DNA of 64,000 bases, from contig JABLTJ010000008.1 of NCBI GenBank assembly GCA_013166775.1, forward strand, positions 1 to 64,000. Direction: 5' to 3'. The notes under the pieces are model-generated. The model saw only the letters and a program-made list of their open reading frames with translations. It searched no databases and had not been told where the DNA came from. Position 1 is the stretch's first letter. Every line of letters begins with the position of its first letter. Made by a program: the position numbers and the translations under genes. Below are positions 18,041 through 28,497 of the stretch, piece by piece. Origin of the DNA: Promethearchaeati archaeon. GTDB taxonomy: Archaea; Asgardarchaeota; Heimdallarchaeia; Heimdallarchaeales; Heimdallarchaeaceae.

Positions 18041-20089
18041 ATGAGTGAACCAGTTAAACCACCAATTGCAAAAAAAGAGTTAAAGGTTACTAAGATTCAT
18101 GATAAAGAATTACATGATGATTATTTTTGGCTTAGAAACAAAGAAAGTCAAGAAGTAATCGATTATTTGACAGTAGAAAACGATTATACTAAAGCCAAAA
18201 CAAAGCATCTTGACACTTTCGTTGATGAATTATTCAACGAAATGAAAAACAGAATTAAGGAAGATGATGAAAGTGTTCCTTACAAGCACAAAGATTACTA
18301 TTATTATAATAGAAATGAGAAAGATAAAGAGTACAAAATCTATTGTAGAAAACATTTAAGTCTCGAAAGTGAAGAAGAAATACTTCTTGATTTAAATGCA
18401 ATGGCTGAAGGACTCGAATATTATAAGATTCAAACAATGAAAATTAGTCCCAACCAGAAACTGCTTGCTTTTTCAGAAGACAAAACAGGATATGAGAAAT
18501 TTGCTATTTTTATAAAGAATCTTGAAACAGGAGAAGTATCAGATACCGGAATTAAGAACATTGGTTGGAATTTTGAATGGGGAGATGATAATACTATTTT
18601 CTATAATTTGAGAGATGAAGCTCAAAGACCTTATTCACTGAAGAAACATGTTTTGGGTACTTCAGTTGAAGAAGATGTTTTAATTTTTGAGGAAAAGGAT
18701 ACTAAAAGAAGAGTATATCTCTGGAAGAGTAACGATAAAAAATACATATTTATGAACTCTGAATCAACTTTAAGTTCCGAGATACGATTTCTAGATTTAA
18801 ATGATCCTCATGGGAACTATGTAATATTCTTACCAAGAGAAGATACACATGAATATTCAATAGCTCATAAAGACGGTTTTTTCTATATTACAACAAATAC
18901 AGATGATTCTACCAATTTCAAATTAATGCGAACTCCAGTTAGTCAGCTTAACAAGGAAAAATGGGAAGAGATTATCCCACATGATGAAAATGTTAGACTC
19001 TTAGGTTCAGAGAGTTTTGAGAATTTTCAGATAATATACAAAAGAACTGAAGGATTGCAAAGGATAGAAGTTTTCTATAGTAAGAATGATGAAAAGAACC
19101 ATGATATTCAATTACCTGAACCTGTTTATGGTGTCTGGAGTGGAGCAAATGCTGAATATTCCACGGATTTCTTTAGAATACGTTACACCTCTCTAATTAC
19201 TCCAATGTCAACATTTGATTATCATTTAAAAGAGAAAAAACTGGAACTGAAAAAAGAAGAAGAAGTAAAGAATTACAATAAAGAAGAATACATTACAGAA
19301 AGACGGTTTGTTAATTCACGAGATGGGGTTAAAATCCCTATTTCCATTGTTCAGAAAAAAGGAATAAAAGATTCAGCTCCTACAATGATTTATGGGTATG
19401 GCTCCTATGGAGTTTCTGAAGATCCCTATTTCTCCCCTACACGTATTAGTTTGATAGAAAGAGGAATGACATTCGTTATTGCTCATGTTAGAGGAGGTGG
19501 AGAACTTGGAAGACAATGGTATGAAGATGGTAAATTCCTGAAGAAGAAAAACACCTTCAATGATTTTATTGATTGCGCTCAATATCTTGTTGACAATAAG
19601 TTAACAACACCTGAACAATTGACTGCTATGGGTGGAAGTGCTGGAGGTTTACTTATGGGGGCTATAATGAATATGAATCCAGAGCTCTTCAATTTGATAA
19701 TTGCTAGGGTACCTTTCGTTGATGTAGTCATTACAATGTTAGATGAAAGCATTCCCTTAACTTCTGAAGAATGGGAGGAATGGGGAGATCCAAGAGATAA
19801 AGAATATTTTGATTATATGCTTTCGTATTCTCCTTACGATAATGTAGAAGCTAAAGATTATCCTAATACATTAGTAACATCTGGTTTAAATGATCCTCGA
19901 GTAGCTTTCTGGGAACCAGCTAAGTTTGTTGCTAAACTCAGATCATTAAAAACCGATAATAATGAACTTCTACTTAAAACGAATATGGGTGCGGGACATC
20001 ATGGAGCTTCAGGAAGATATGAAAAAATGAAGGAGATTGCTTTTATTTATGCATATGCTCTAGATAAAGCAAAATTAGTGAAAAGTTAA
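18041..20089 (+). CDS. ptrB: Oligopeptidase B (S9A)
   Basis: DDYFWLR, YGYGSYG, HVRGGGELG, GGSAGG, NDPRV, AGHHG. Confidence 0.95.
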   Translation: MSEPVKPPIAKKELKVTKIHDKELHDDYFWLRNKESQEVIDYLTVENDYTKAKTKHLDTFVDELFNEMKNRIKEDDESVPYKHKDYYYYNRNEKDKEYKIYCRKHLSLESEEEILLDLNAMAEGLEYYKIQTMKISPNQKLLAFSEDKTGYEKFAIFIKNLETGEVSDTGIKNIGWNFEWGDDNTIFYNLRDEAQRPYSLKKHVLGTSVEEDVLIFEEKDTKRRVYLWKSNDKKYIFMNSESTLSSEIRFLDLNDPHGNYVIFLPREDTHEYSIAHKDGFFYITTNTDDSTNFKLMRTPVSQLNKEKWEEIIPHDENVRLLGSESFENFQIIYKRTEGLQRIEVFYSKNDEKNHDIQLPEPVYGVWSGANAEYSTDFFRIRYTSLITPMSTFDYHLKEKKLELKKEEEVKNYNKEEYITERRFVNSRDGVKIPISIVQKKGIKDSAPTMIYGYGSYGVSEDPYFSPTRISLIERGMTFVIAHVRGGGELGRQWYEDGKFLKKKNTFNDFIDCAQYLVDNKLTTPEQLTAMGGSAGGLLMGAIMNMNPELFNLIIARVPFVDVVITMLDESIPLTSEEWEEWGDPRDKEYFDYMLSYSPYDNVEAKDYPNTLVTSGLNDPRVAFWEPAKFVAKLRSLKTDNNELLLKTNMGAGHHGASGRYEKMKEIAFIYAYALDKAKLVKS

Positions 20090-20718
20090 ACTTCATTTAT
20101 TTCTTGCTTCTTTCCACTTTTACTCTTTTTCTTGTAAGTTTGATATCTTTTTAGTATGAAGGAAATCGCAGTTAGAACCAAGAGTATACCATAGATAATT
20201 TTCAAAGTTAACGAAGTAGATAGATGTGCTCCAATTAAAATTCCATGAATTACTCCAAAGGTTACAGCAATGTAGTTGAATACATGGATATATCTCCACC
20301 ATTTTCTAATCTTGCTTTGTAAGAAACCTGCTATTACTGCTACGATAATTAAATACAATGCGGGTCTTCCTGCCCAAATCAAGAATAATTGCCAAGAAGA
20401 AAAGTCTGGTATGAAAACTCTTGGATTTTGATTGATAATAGCAATAAATACAGGATGCAGGATGATTAATCCTAATCCAAATAAAGCTATAAAATGATGA
20501 ACTGTTTTTTATGGTTTTCCGAAAATCTGATAGATTTCCCTTGTAAAAGCTGCCATTATACTAGAAATCAATAAAGAAAGTAAACCAAATAGTGCAAATA
20601 TTTTCGCAAACTCCTCTATTGTGCTTGAAAAAGGTCCAATCATATAAAGTATGAAAACAAGAGTGTATAGACTAGTTACACCTGCAATGATTAGAACCTA
20701 TTTACCCTTTTTTTTCAC
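20086..20718 (-). pseudogene. Ferric reductase-like transmembrane (heme b) protein with two in-frame stops
   Basis: GTG 20718; one frame MKKKGK*VLII...FGKP*KTVHHFIALFGLGLIILHP...WRYIHVFNY..GVIHG; TAG 20698-20700 and TAA 20509-20511; two His pairs 13 aa apart. Confidence 0.8.
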
Positions 20719-20765
20719 AGATTAATCAAATTGTGATCAATAATAAATATTACGCATTTCTTGAT

Positions 20766-21476
20766 TTACCAAGGAAGTTCATTGCCTTTCCAATCAAGGA
20801 ATTTACCACTTTGAGAGAGATCAGATTTTTCAACTAAATCTATAATCATTGAAATAGGCTCTTCTATCTCTTGAGGTGCATTTGGTCCTCCCATATCTGT
20901 CTTGATCCATCCTGGATGAATAACTAAAACTACAATTCCTTTATCTCGAAGGTCATTAGATAATATCTTAGTTATCATATTCAGCGCAGCTTTACTAGTG
21001 CAGTAGCTATACTTCCCCCCTTGGGCTCGCTTAGCTATACAACCATTCAAAGATGTTATATTGATGATTTTACTTTTTTCTCCTTTTTCAAGCAAAGGTA
21101 GAAATTTCTCGCTCATTAATAAAGGTGCTATCGAGTTAACAAGAAAAACTTTGCTAAAATCCTCCTTGTACACCTCTCCCAAATTGAATATTTTTCCTTC
21201 TTCCCCAGATACTATCCCTGCATTATTAATGAGAACGTCCAAGGATTCAAACTTTGTTTTCACTTGCTCGAATACCCTATCTCTATCCTCCTCTTCTGTT
21301 ACATTGAGTTGGATTACTGTGAGATTATTTGGGAATCTAGATTTTAAGTCTTGTAATTCGCTAGCTTTCATCGGGTTTCTGCAACTAGCAATTACATTCT
21401 CACCTTTTTCCAGATACTGTTTAGTAAATTCTAATCCTAATCCTCTACTACTTCCTGTAATTAAGATATTTTTCAT
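20766..21476 (-). CDS. SDR oxidoreductase (CsgA/C-factor-like)
   Basis: TGSSRGLG, NNAG, YCTSKAALN, HPGWIKTDMGG. Confidence 0.92.
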   Translation of the reverse strand: MKNILITGSSRGLGLEFTKQYLEKGENVIASCRNPMKASELQDLKSRFPNNLTVIQLNVTEEEDRDRVFEQVKTKFESLDVLINNAGIVSGEEGKIFNLGEVYKEDFSKVFLVNSIAPLLMSEKFLPLLEKGEKSKIINITSLNGCIAKRAQGGKYSYCTSKAALNMITKILSNDLRDKGIVVLVIHPGWIKTDMGGPNAPQEIEEPISMIIDLVEKSDLSQSGKFLDWKGNELPW

Positions 21477-21539
21477 AAAATCACCTTTCTTTCTTATCCT
21501 TCTTCTTCAAGGATTGAACACTAATTAAGTTTTTCAAAA

Positions 21540-22487
21540 TTAATCTGACAGATTGTAATCGCTGGTTGTATAATTCTCTCTAATCACAACCTCATTGTTC
21601 TGATATTTCGTAGCAAATTGGCCACAATTTGAACCTATTTCGTTTTCTTCCCATTCCCCTATACTAATAGAAGCTTCAAATCCTCTCTTCTTGAATTCTT
21701 CTACAAGAGGATTTATTTCAGAATTTTCTGCAGTAATTCCGCTTTGAAGCTTATTGTGAATAGCTCTATCTGTTGGGTTAACTGGTGTTAGTTTAATCCA
21801 GTATTTTTCAGGATTAAAGTGTTTTAGGATTATGTCAGGATCTATCTCTGAATCTTCTGCAACAGCAAAGTTCAGAGTGATTTTTCTATCTCCTTTCACA
21901 TACCACTTTTCACCAAAAGAAGCTATCTTCTCTAAATTCCAGATAGTAGGGTTCATCCATTTTCTTCTCTCTTCTTCGTTAGTTGAATGAATTGAAAATT
22001 GAAGTTGGAATAGACCATTTGGATAATGTTTATTTTTAATTTCGATAAGTTCCTCAAGAAAATTTTCGGATCCTTTAGGAGCAATAGTACTAATACATGG
22101 CATTAATCCTGGTGCATCATATATCTCTGGCAATTCTCTTATAGCATCGAGAACATTTTCATTAAGTGTTGGCTCTCCCATTCTGGCAAATTGGATTTTG
22201 AGCTTAGGTATAGGTATGTTTCCATCTGGGAAACGCGAATGTATCATATAATCTATCTCTTCTAACATTCCCTCCTTGGAAACTTTGCCATGATAATACT
22301 CTCCAGCATCACACATTAGGCAACCTATGGGACAACCGTACATTGTAGAGATGATTAACACCCATTTCTCTTCTCTAGGAATAGGTGGTTGCAGACTTTC
22401 AACAAACTCCACAACTTTTTCATCTTGTTTAGCAATATAGAGAATCGCTAAATCCTCTTTACCATACTTGCCTAGGAGCTCCATCAT
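21540..22487 (-). CDS. RlmN/Cfr-like radical SAM protein (divergent)
   Basis: GCPIGCLMC, RMGEP, QFSIHS..R, GSNCGQ. Confidence 0.85.
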   Translation of the reverse strand: MMELLGKYGKEDLAILYIAKQDEKVVEFVESLQPPIPREEKWVLIISTMYGCPIGCLMCDAGEYYHGKVSKEGMLEEIDYMIHSRFPDGNIPIPKLKIQFARMGEPTLNENVLDAIRELPEIYDAPGLMPCISTIAPKGSENFLEELIEIKNKHYPNGLFQLQFSIHSTNEEERRKWMNPTIWNLEKIASFGEKWYVKGDRKITLNFAVAEDSEIDPDIILKHFNPEKYWIKLTPVNPTDRAIHNKLQSGITAENSEINPLVEEFKKRGFEASISIGEWEENEIGSNCGQFATKYQNNEVVIRENYTTSDYNLSD

Positions 22488-23388
22488 AATCCTCTTTCCG
22501 CGATAGCTTTTTTACTATTTCCATTACAACGTTCATTCCGTCCCCCATAGCTATGGAAACTTGTCTGTAATTTCCTTTCTTCACATCCCCTATAAAATAA
22601 AGGTTTGATTCATCTTTTGGTTCTTCATATTCTTTTTTTAGTTCATCAGATAAAAATTCTATATTTGGTTCTCTGCCTATTGCTACAATAATTAAGTCAG
22701 ATTCAATTTCATTTACTTCTTTTTCAGTTTTAGTTGCTAAAACTACCTTTCCATTTTCAATAAATATCTCATACGGAATTCTATTTGATATAACCGTGAT
22801 TTTTTTCTCTTCCTCAACCCTTTTCTGGAGAATTGGTAAGCTTTTTGCTTTATCAGTTCTCTGAATTATCGCTATTTTCTTAGTAATTTTACTGAGATTA
22901 AGAGAATAATCATAAGCTACATCACCACTGCCTATAACTACTATTTCTTTGCCTTTTGAATTTCCTTTTGCATTGTAAATCTCGTAAAATAATTTACCTT
23001 TTTCAAAAGCTTCATCTTCACCTTTGATGTCAAGTTTTCTTGGAATCGAACCTGTTCCTATAATCAAGAAATCAGATATGATTTCGGATTCTTCTGCTAA
23101 GATTATATATTTTTCATTAACTCTTGAGATTGATTTTACTTTATCATTAACAATAGGGATTTTGCTGTATTCAAGCTGTTCTTCCATTAACATAACAAAA
23201 TCCTCTCCACTTATTCCTTGAGGAAATCCAACTAGATTTTCTACAAGGTTAGCATTTCTTATTGTTCCCCCTATCCTTTCTGTCACTATTAAAATTTCAA
23301 TTCCTGAACGAAACAGTTGAATCGCTGCTGTTGCACAAGCAGGTCCCCCTCCTACTAAAGTGATGTAAGTTTGAATTTTCTTAATCAT
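22459..23388 (-). CDS. TrxB-like NAD(P)/FAD oxidoreductase lacking CxxC
   Basis: VGGGPA, IGG..ENLVGFP, IGTG, IGSGDVA, FIGD; probable start ATG 23388 overlapping the upstream stop. Confidence 0.85.
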   Translation of the reverse strand: MIKKIQTYITLVGGGPACATAAIQLFRSGIEILIVTERIGGTIRNANLVENLVGFPQGISGEDFVMLMEEQLEYSKIPIVNDKVKSISRVNEKYIILAEESEIISDFLIIGTGSIPRKLDIKGEDEAFEKGKLFYEIYNAKGNSKGKEIVVIGSGDVAYDYSLNLSKITKKIAIIQRTDKAKSLPILQKRVEEEKKITVISNRIPYEIFIENGKVVLATKTEKEVNEIESDLIIVAIGREPNIEFLSDELKKEYEEPKDESNLYFIGDVKKGNYRQVSIAMGDGMNVVMEIVKKLSRKEDYDGAPRQVW

Positions 23389-24031
23389 TAAGTATCTCCT
23401 CAGATGAGACACAGATTCCAAATCCATGTGAAATAGCTCCAATTGTACCTACATGTAATTTCTCTGTGTAAGTTGCCGTTCCATCAACTACAAAGAAAAT
23501 CTCAAAATTATTCATAAAAGCATCTCTTGCAGTAGTTTCACAACATAAATGTGTCATAACACCTGTGATGATAAGCTGCTCGATACCAAGTTCTTTGAGT
23601 AATCTCTTGAGCTCTGTATTCTGAAAAGCGCTATAATGATTCTTAGAAATAACAATTCCTTTGGTAGAATCAATGTAAGGGGATATGTCTGATGTATTAA
23701 CTTCTTCAGAAATAGTGTCCTTCCACCATTTCAACATCATATCATCGGGATCTGAGCTAGTTATGTGTTTGGTAAAAATGACTGGACGATTTTTGTTATT
23801 CATAAATTCTATTAATTGGTTTATAGCTAGAATGATAGTCCTTGCAGATGGTACATGAGCGTGAGAATCTTGCTCCAAAAAGTAATTTTGCATATCTAGG
23901 ACCAACAAAGCAGCTTTGTTAACATCCAACTCAAATGGTTTTTGAGTTTTTATTGATTTGCTGTAAAGTAACCACTCCTCGACCTTTTCTTTCCTGTTGG
24001 TGAGAGTGAAGTAGAATTCTTTTTCCATCAA
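23381..24031 (-). CDS. Isochorismatase family cysteine hydrolase
   Basis: LLVLDMQNYF, KNHYSAF, GVMTHLCCETTARDAF (D-K-C triad). Confidence 0.92.
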   Translation of the reverse strand: MMEKEFYFTLTNRKEKVEEWLLYSKSIKTQKPFELDVNKAALLVLDMQNYFLEQDSHAHVPSARTIILAINQLIEFMNNKNRPVIFTKHITSSDPDDMMLKWWKDTISEEVNTSDISPYIDSTKGIVISKNHYSAFQNTELKRLLKELGIEQLIITGVMTHLCCETTARDAFMNNFEIFFVVDGTATYTEKLHVGTIGAISHGFGICVSSEEILND

Positions 24032-24078
24032 TATTTTTAATGAATACTCCTTAATAAATTGATTTGCTTACTACAATT

Positions 24079-24912
24079 TTATTTGTAAGCTAGAATACTC
24101 TCTCCATCCAAAACTCTCTCTGTTTTGAAACCAACATCAGTTAAACGATTTTGTACTCCTTTAACAAAATCTTTTCCTCTATATTTTGATCCAGGTTTTC
24201 CAACATAATGAAGTAATCTACCATTTTTTCTTAGTATTCTAAATAAATCTCTGTAAAATTCTCCAGAGTATAGTTCCCCAGCATGAGAAAAACGTGGGGG
24301 GTCATGTAAAATAGCATCAAAAGCTTCATCTTCTAATGATTTGACACTACTACTAGCATCTTCAAGAATAAGTTTTATTTCTTCTTGTTCAATTCCTTCA
24401 AACAAATCTTTGGAATATGGATTATATTTAGCTATCTCTATCACATTGTGATCCTTTTCGATTGTTGTAACTTTTGAATCTCTCCTATAGGATGCAATTG
24501 CTGTGTACCCTAATCCGGTGCAAATATCCAAAACAACTTCATTAGGGTTGATTCTAATTGTTTCAACCTTTCTTCGAGCATCTTCTAAAGGTGTCATATG
24601 CTTGGTTCTGTGCATTCTTATTCCATCGATTTCTATAGTCGGAGCAGTATTTTCTATTGGTTCGAGTTTATAGTACTTCTCATCAAAAAAAGCAATTATT
24701 TTTGGTATTGTATCAAGAAGGAAAACTGCAGGTTTTTTTGCTAATTTCTCTATAACCTTAATGTCATATTCGAAATCGCTAATGACAATCTTATCCTGTC
24801 TAAGCTTTACTTCTTCTTCAGTAAATCCAAGATCTAGGTATGCTTTGACAGATCCTTTTCGTTGTTCGTAAGCTACTAAAATTCTCTCAGCTTCAAAGGA
24901 ATCTATTAGCAT
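24079..24912 (-). CDS. Archaeal SAM-dependent methyltransferase (COG2521-like)
   Basis: PTIEIDGIRMH, LDICTGLGYTA, HDPPRFS.AGELYS. Confidence 0.85.
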   Translation of the reverse strand: MLIDSFEAERILVAYEQRKGSVKAYLDLGFTEEEVKLRQDKIVISDFEYDIKVIEKLAKKPAVFLLDTIPKIIAFFDEKYYKLEPIENTAPTIEIDGIRMHRTKHMTPLEDARRKVETIRINPNEVVLDICTGLGYTAIASYRRDSKVTTIEKDHNVIEIAKYNPYSKDLFEGIEQEEIKLILEDASSSVKSLEDEAFDAILHDPPRFSHAGELYSGEFYRDLFRILRKNGRLLHYVGKPGSKYRGKDFVKGVQNRLTDVGFKTERVLDGESILAYK

Positions 24913-25003
24913 CTAAATCCTCTTCTGTGCGAATAGAACTTATTGATTTAAAACTTTGATTTTGATTGAGAAAAATAAGAGACTTTGAACTAAATCTCAA
25001 AAG

Positions 25004-25747
25004 CTATTTTTTTAGTTCATATGGTTTGTCTCTTAACTTATCTTTTGCACCTAAGCTTTCAGCAGTATCTATCCAGTTTTTGTTCCCACTGTCAACATAT
25101 GCTTGAAGAGGCATGGGAATAAATTCTAGCTTCTTTAGTTCACTCTCTGGAACTCTCTCTCCTTTTGAGAGATGATCTACAGCTGTTTTTATTACAGAAT
25201 CAATGATTTTTGTAGGTTTTTCATATATTTCTTTTCTTGGATCATCTTCAGGTAAAGGTTCCAGCATTTTCAAGAATTCTGGAATTGGATACATTGCATA
25301 GGTACCAGCTGCTCCTATTGGTAAACCACCTGCCCAAGTGAACCCATTTTTTTCAGCAAACTGCTCATAGATTCTTAATGCTATGTTATTATGATAATAT
25401 TCTAAATATCCTGCATTCGAGTTAGCAAAAAGAAGTCTATCTTTCTTACTTAATTTTCCTTGATTGTTTTTTTCCGTTATAATATCCATTAGTTTTATAG
25501 TCATATATGGTGCTCCATCTATGTAGAGAGGAGAAGAAAGAACAATAATATCACTTCCATCTATGGACTTAATCATTTCATCTATTTTCTGACTATTCTT
25601 TATTATTTGATATATTTTGAAACTCTGTTGAGCTATACCTTTCTCTTCAAGTAATCTAGTTACATAGGACCCTAGGGAATAAGATGCACTCTTATCTCCT
25701 CTTGGACTACACATTAGAAAAGTAACTTGTTTAGTCATTGTCATCAC
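25004..25747 (-). CDS. Flavodoxin-like NAD(P)H-dependent oxidoreductase
   Basis: CSPRG, SSPLYIDG. Confidence 0.75.
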   Translation of the reverse strand: MMTMTKQVTFLMCSPRGDKSASYSLGSYVTRLLEEKGIAQQSFKIYQIIKNSQKIDEMIKSIDGSDIIVLSSPLYIDGAPYMTIKLMDIITEKNNQGKLSKKDRLLFANSNAGYLEYYHNNIALRIYEQFAEKNGFTWAGGLPIGAAGTYAMYPIPEFLKMLEPLPEDDPRKEIYEKPTKIIDSVIKTAVDHLSKGERVPESELKKLEFIPMPLQAYVDSGNKNWIDTAESLGAKDKLRDKPYELKK

Positions 25748-26309
25748 CTACAATTCTCACTCCTTCTTCTACTTTCTTCTTGACTGTTGATTCATCATCA
25801 GAGTGATAGATTATTTGTGTTGCGTGTTTGGGAGCAAAATTATTCAGTACATTTCTTTCCACAAGTTCAGAGAAAATTTCTTCTTGTTTAAGATTCGGTT
25901 CTTCTAAAGTTCCAATTACAATTAGATTTGGATACTTGTCATATCTTGTTTCATGATGAATTTCTTCTTTGTATACTCTGAAGAAGGGTAACATTAGGCA
26001 GATTGATCTATCAAGAGCTTTTTTCAATTCAGATGAATACCCACCAAAATGCACTGGGGTTAGATATATCAAATTATCAGCTTGAATCATTTTCTTTGCT
26101 ACTTCTCGAGCATAATCATCAATTATACAAACACCTGGTGTCTGAATCCAGCACTTAAAACAACCTAGACATGGCTTGATGGCATTCTTATGTAGATCAA
26201 TCGTTTCCCCCTTAACATCCCTCTTAACCAATTCTTTAGAAACTAACTCATTAATTTTAGGAATGAAAGAATCATCTTTGTACATCCCATTTAGGATTAA
26301 ATAACTCAT
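25731..26309 (-). CDS. Iron-sulfur flavoprotein / flavodoxin family protein
   Basis: PCLGCFKCW..PGVC..DD, TPVHFGGYSSELK..DR. Confidence 0.85.
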   Translation of the reverse strand: MSYLILNGMYKDDSFIPKINELVSKELVKRDVKGETIDLHKNAIKPCLGCFKCWIQTPGVCIIDDYAREVAKKMIQADNLIYLTPVHFGGYSSELKKALDRSICLMLPFFRVYKEEIHHETRYDKYPNLIVIGTLEEPNLKQEEIFSELVERNVLNNFAPKHATQIIYHSDDESTVKKKVEEGVRIVGDDND

Positions 26310-26432
26310 GAAAGTGTATGTTTTTCTCTTCCTTTTATATGTATGTTAATCCAATGAGTTAAAATATAATGAGAAGCAGTTTATCAAAAAAACAGGAAAA
26401 TCTTATTTAAAACTCATTCCTACAAACCTCTC

Positions 26433-27275
26433 ATGAAAGGAAAAATAATATTCATTTCTGGGTCTACTGATGGAATTGGAAAACAAGCAGCTCTTGAATT
26501 AGCAAAACAAGGCGCCTATATCATAATTCATGGAAGAAATGAAGATAAAACCATGAAAACAGTTGATTTTATCAAATCAGAGTCGAAAAACAAGAATGTA
26601 GATTTTGTTTTAGCAGATATGTCTTCCTTTCAGCAAATTAGATCGATGTCTGAAGCCCTTCACGAACGTTATGAAAAAATTGATGTGTTGGTAAACAACG
26701 CAGGAGCACAAATTCATGAATTCCAAAATTCTGAAGACGGATATGAATTGTCTTTTGCAGTTAATCATTTAGCTTATTTCCTTACTACTTCTCTCTTGCT
26801 GGATTTGGTAGCAAAATCTGAATACAAACGAATAGTGATTGTAAGTTCAGGGATGCATTTTAGAGTAGAAAAATTAGATTTTGATGTACTCGATGGAAAG
26901 ACTGAGTATAATCTATATAATAATTATGCCCATTCCAAAGTTGCAAACATAATGTTCAGCTATAAGCTTTCACGATTGTTGAAAGATACTGGAGTAACTG
27001 TAAACTGTCTTCATCCAGGACTTGTCAATACAAATCTCAATCCTAGGAGACCACAACATATCGTAGACAGAGCTATACCAGTAGAAGAAGGTAATATCAG
27101 TACAATGCGTCTAGTTACTGATCCTGAACTAAAAAGAGTTACTGGTAAATACTTCACCTCTGATGGAACAGAAGTTGAATCAAGTCCTGCAACGTATAAT
27201 TTAGACGATCAGGAAAAACTGTGGTCTTTATGTGAAGAGTATATTGGTGAAAAGTTTCCAAAATTCCCATCTTAG
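26433..27275 (+). CDS. SDR oxidoreductase (retinol dehydrogenase-like)
   Basis: SGSTDGIG, NNAG, NHLAYF, YAHSK, LHPG. Confidence 0.92.
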   Translation: MKGKIIFISGSTDGIGKQAALELAKQGAYIIIHGRNEDKTMKTVDFIKSESKNKNVDFVLADMSSFQQIRSMSEALHERYEKIDVLVNNAGAQIHEFQNSEDGYELSFAVNHLAYFLTTSLLLDLVAKSEYKRIVIVSSGMHFRVEKLDFDVLDGKTEYNLYNNYAHSKVANIMFSYKLSRLLKDTGVTVNCLHPGLVNTNLNPRRPQHIVDRAIPVEEGNISTMRLVTDPELKRVTGKYFTSDGTEVESSPATYNLDDQEKLWSLCEEYIGEKFPKFPS

Positions 27276-27640
27276 CTATTCTTGAAAAGATGGTTTAGCT
27301 GTATTTTCAAGAGGTTTTATGAATCGATTACTTACATTGCAATATAAGATTCCAATGATTCCAATAACTGCAACAGCTACAAATAACCAAATTGAAAATA
27401 ATTTATATATATCAGGATTTATGAATCCGATAATCGCCCCAATCAATAGAGGGATACCTAAAATAAAAACAAAATTGAATAAAAATTCGACAATCCTTTT
27501 CTATCAACACTGAACTCTTTTTTCCTGATAGCTTTGTGAAATACTTCATATCTGTCAATTAAAAAGTTAAGCTGACCAAATAACATTAAAAAACCAAGCA
27601 CGAACAGAACGATGCTAATGATTATCGAGTAAACTTCCAT
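27276..27640 (-). pseudogene. Small multi-TM membrane protein (DUF3784-like) split by a frameshift near 27465
   Basis: Track ORF 27458..27640 continues in another frame as ILGIPLLIGAIIGFINPDIYKLFSIWLFVAVAVIGIIGILYCNVSNRF..QE* ending at 27276; break falls in an A5 run. Confidence 0.65.
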
Positions 27641-27966
27641 GAATGATCAACTACTAATGAAAATAGTTACTTTTAAACACTAGCAAAAAACACCAAGAGA
27701 TTCATAACTTATTTGCATTCAAAGGGTAACAGTATAAAACTGTCAAGTAAATAAGCTTCATAGCATGTGAGCTATTTAGAGGTCCTAAAGAGAATTGGAA
27801 ACAAATAGGTTAAATATTTTTTACAGCATAATGAAAATGAAACGAAATCATTTTTTCTACTAATAAGCTTGCTGTTTAGTGGTCCTTATTAGAAGGGAAT
27901 GCTTGCCTTACATACCGTTTGTCTATCTTTAAATATATCAATAGACTATTTTCTTTTGGTGGACAT

Positions 27967-28416
27967 ATGTTTGAAAAATTATCAAAAGAAGATTTCAAGT
28001 TTTTTTTACTCAACTCAAAAAAAGAGATTTCCTATATTTTCGGTATTCTAGATGACAGGGAAGCTTTAGATGTCATATCCTTCCTTTTCTATGAACCTTC
28101 TAACTTCAAAACTTTGAAAGCAGAATTTACTCACATTGATAAGAATAAGTTATCGAGTTACTTATCAAATTTCTGGGATTTTGGGATTATAGAAATAAAC
28201 ATCCATGACAAATATCAAATAACAAAGACTGGCAAGAAGTTTTTTCAACTTACAATTCAGTTAGTCGTTGAATCTCTTATGAGTCACGAGATTACAGATG
28301 AAAAGATGAGAAAGATACTGGTTCAAAAGGTTGGAGAAAAAGAACTTAAACAATTCAAAAAAGAAAGACAAGAAAATAAGGCTAAAGGAATTCAATTATC
28401 AATGATAAGAATTTAA
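27967..28416 (+). CDS. Winged-helix (HxlR/ArsR-like) domain protein
   Basis: F..LK......K..LS.YL....GII......YQITKTG; ATG 27967 preferred over TTG 27919. Confidence 0.65.
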   Translation: MFEKLSKEDFKFFLLNSKKEISYIFGILDDREALDVISFLFYEPSNFKTLKAEFTHIDKNKLSSYLSNFWDFGIIEINIHDKYQITKTGKKFFQLTIQLVVESLMSHEITDEKMRKILVQKVGEKELKQFKKERQENKAKGIQLSMIRI

Positions 28417-28497
28417 ACTAGTTTTATATTGATAAGACAAAATAATATTTCAATAAAAAAAAAGTATAGTGAAGTTGCAAAGCTGCTTCTTGACTAT

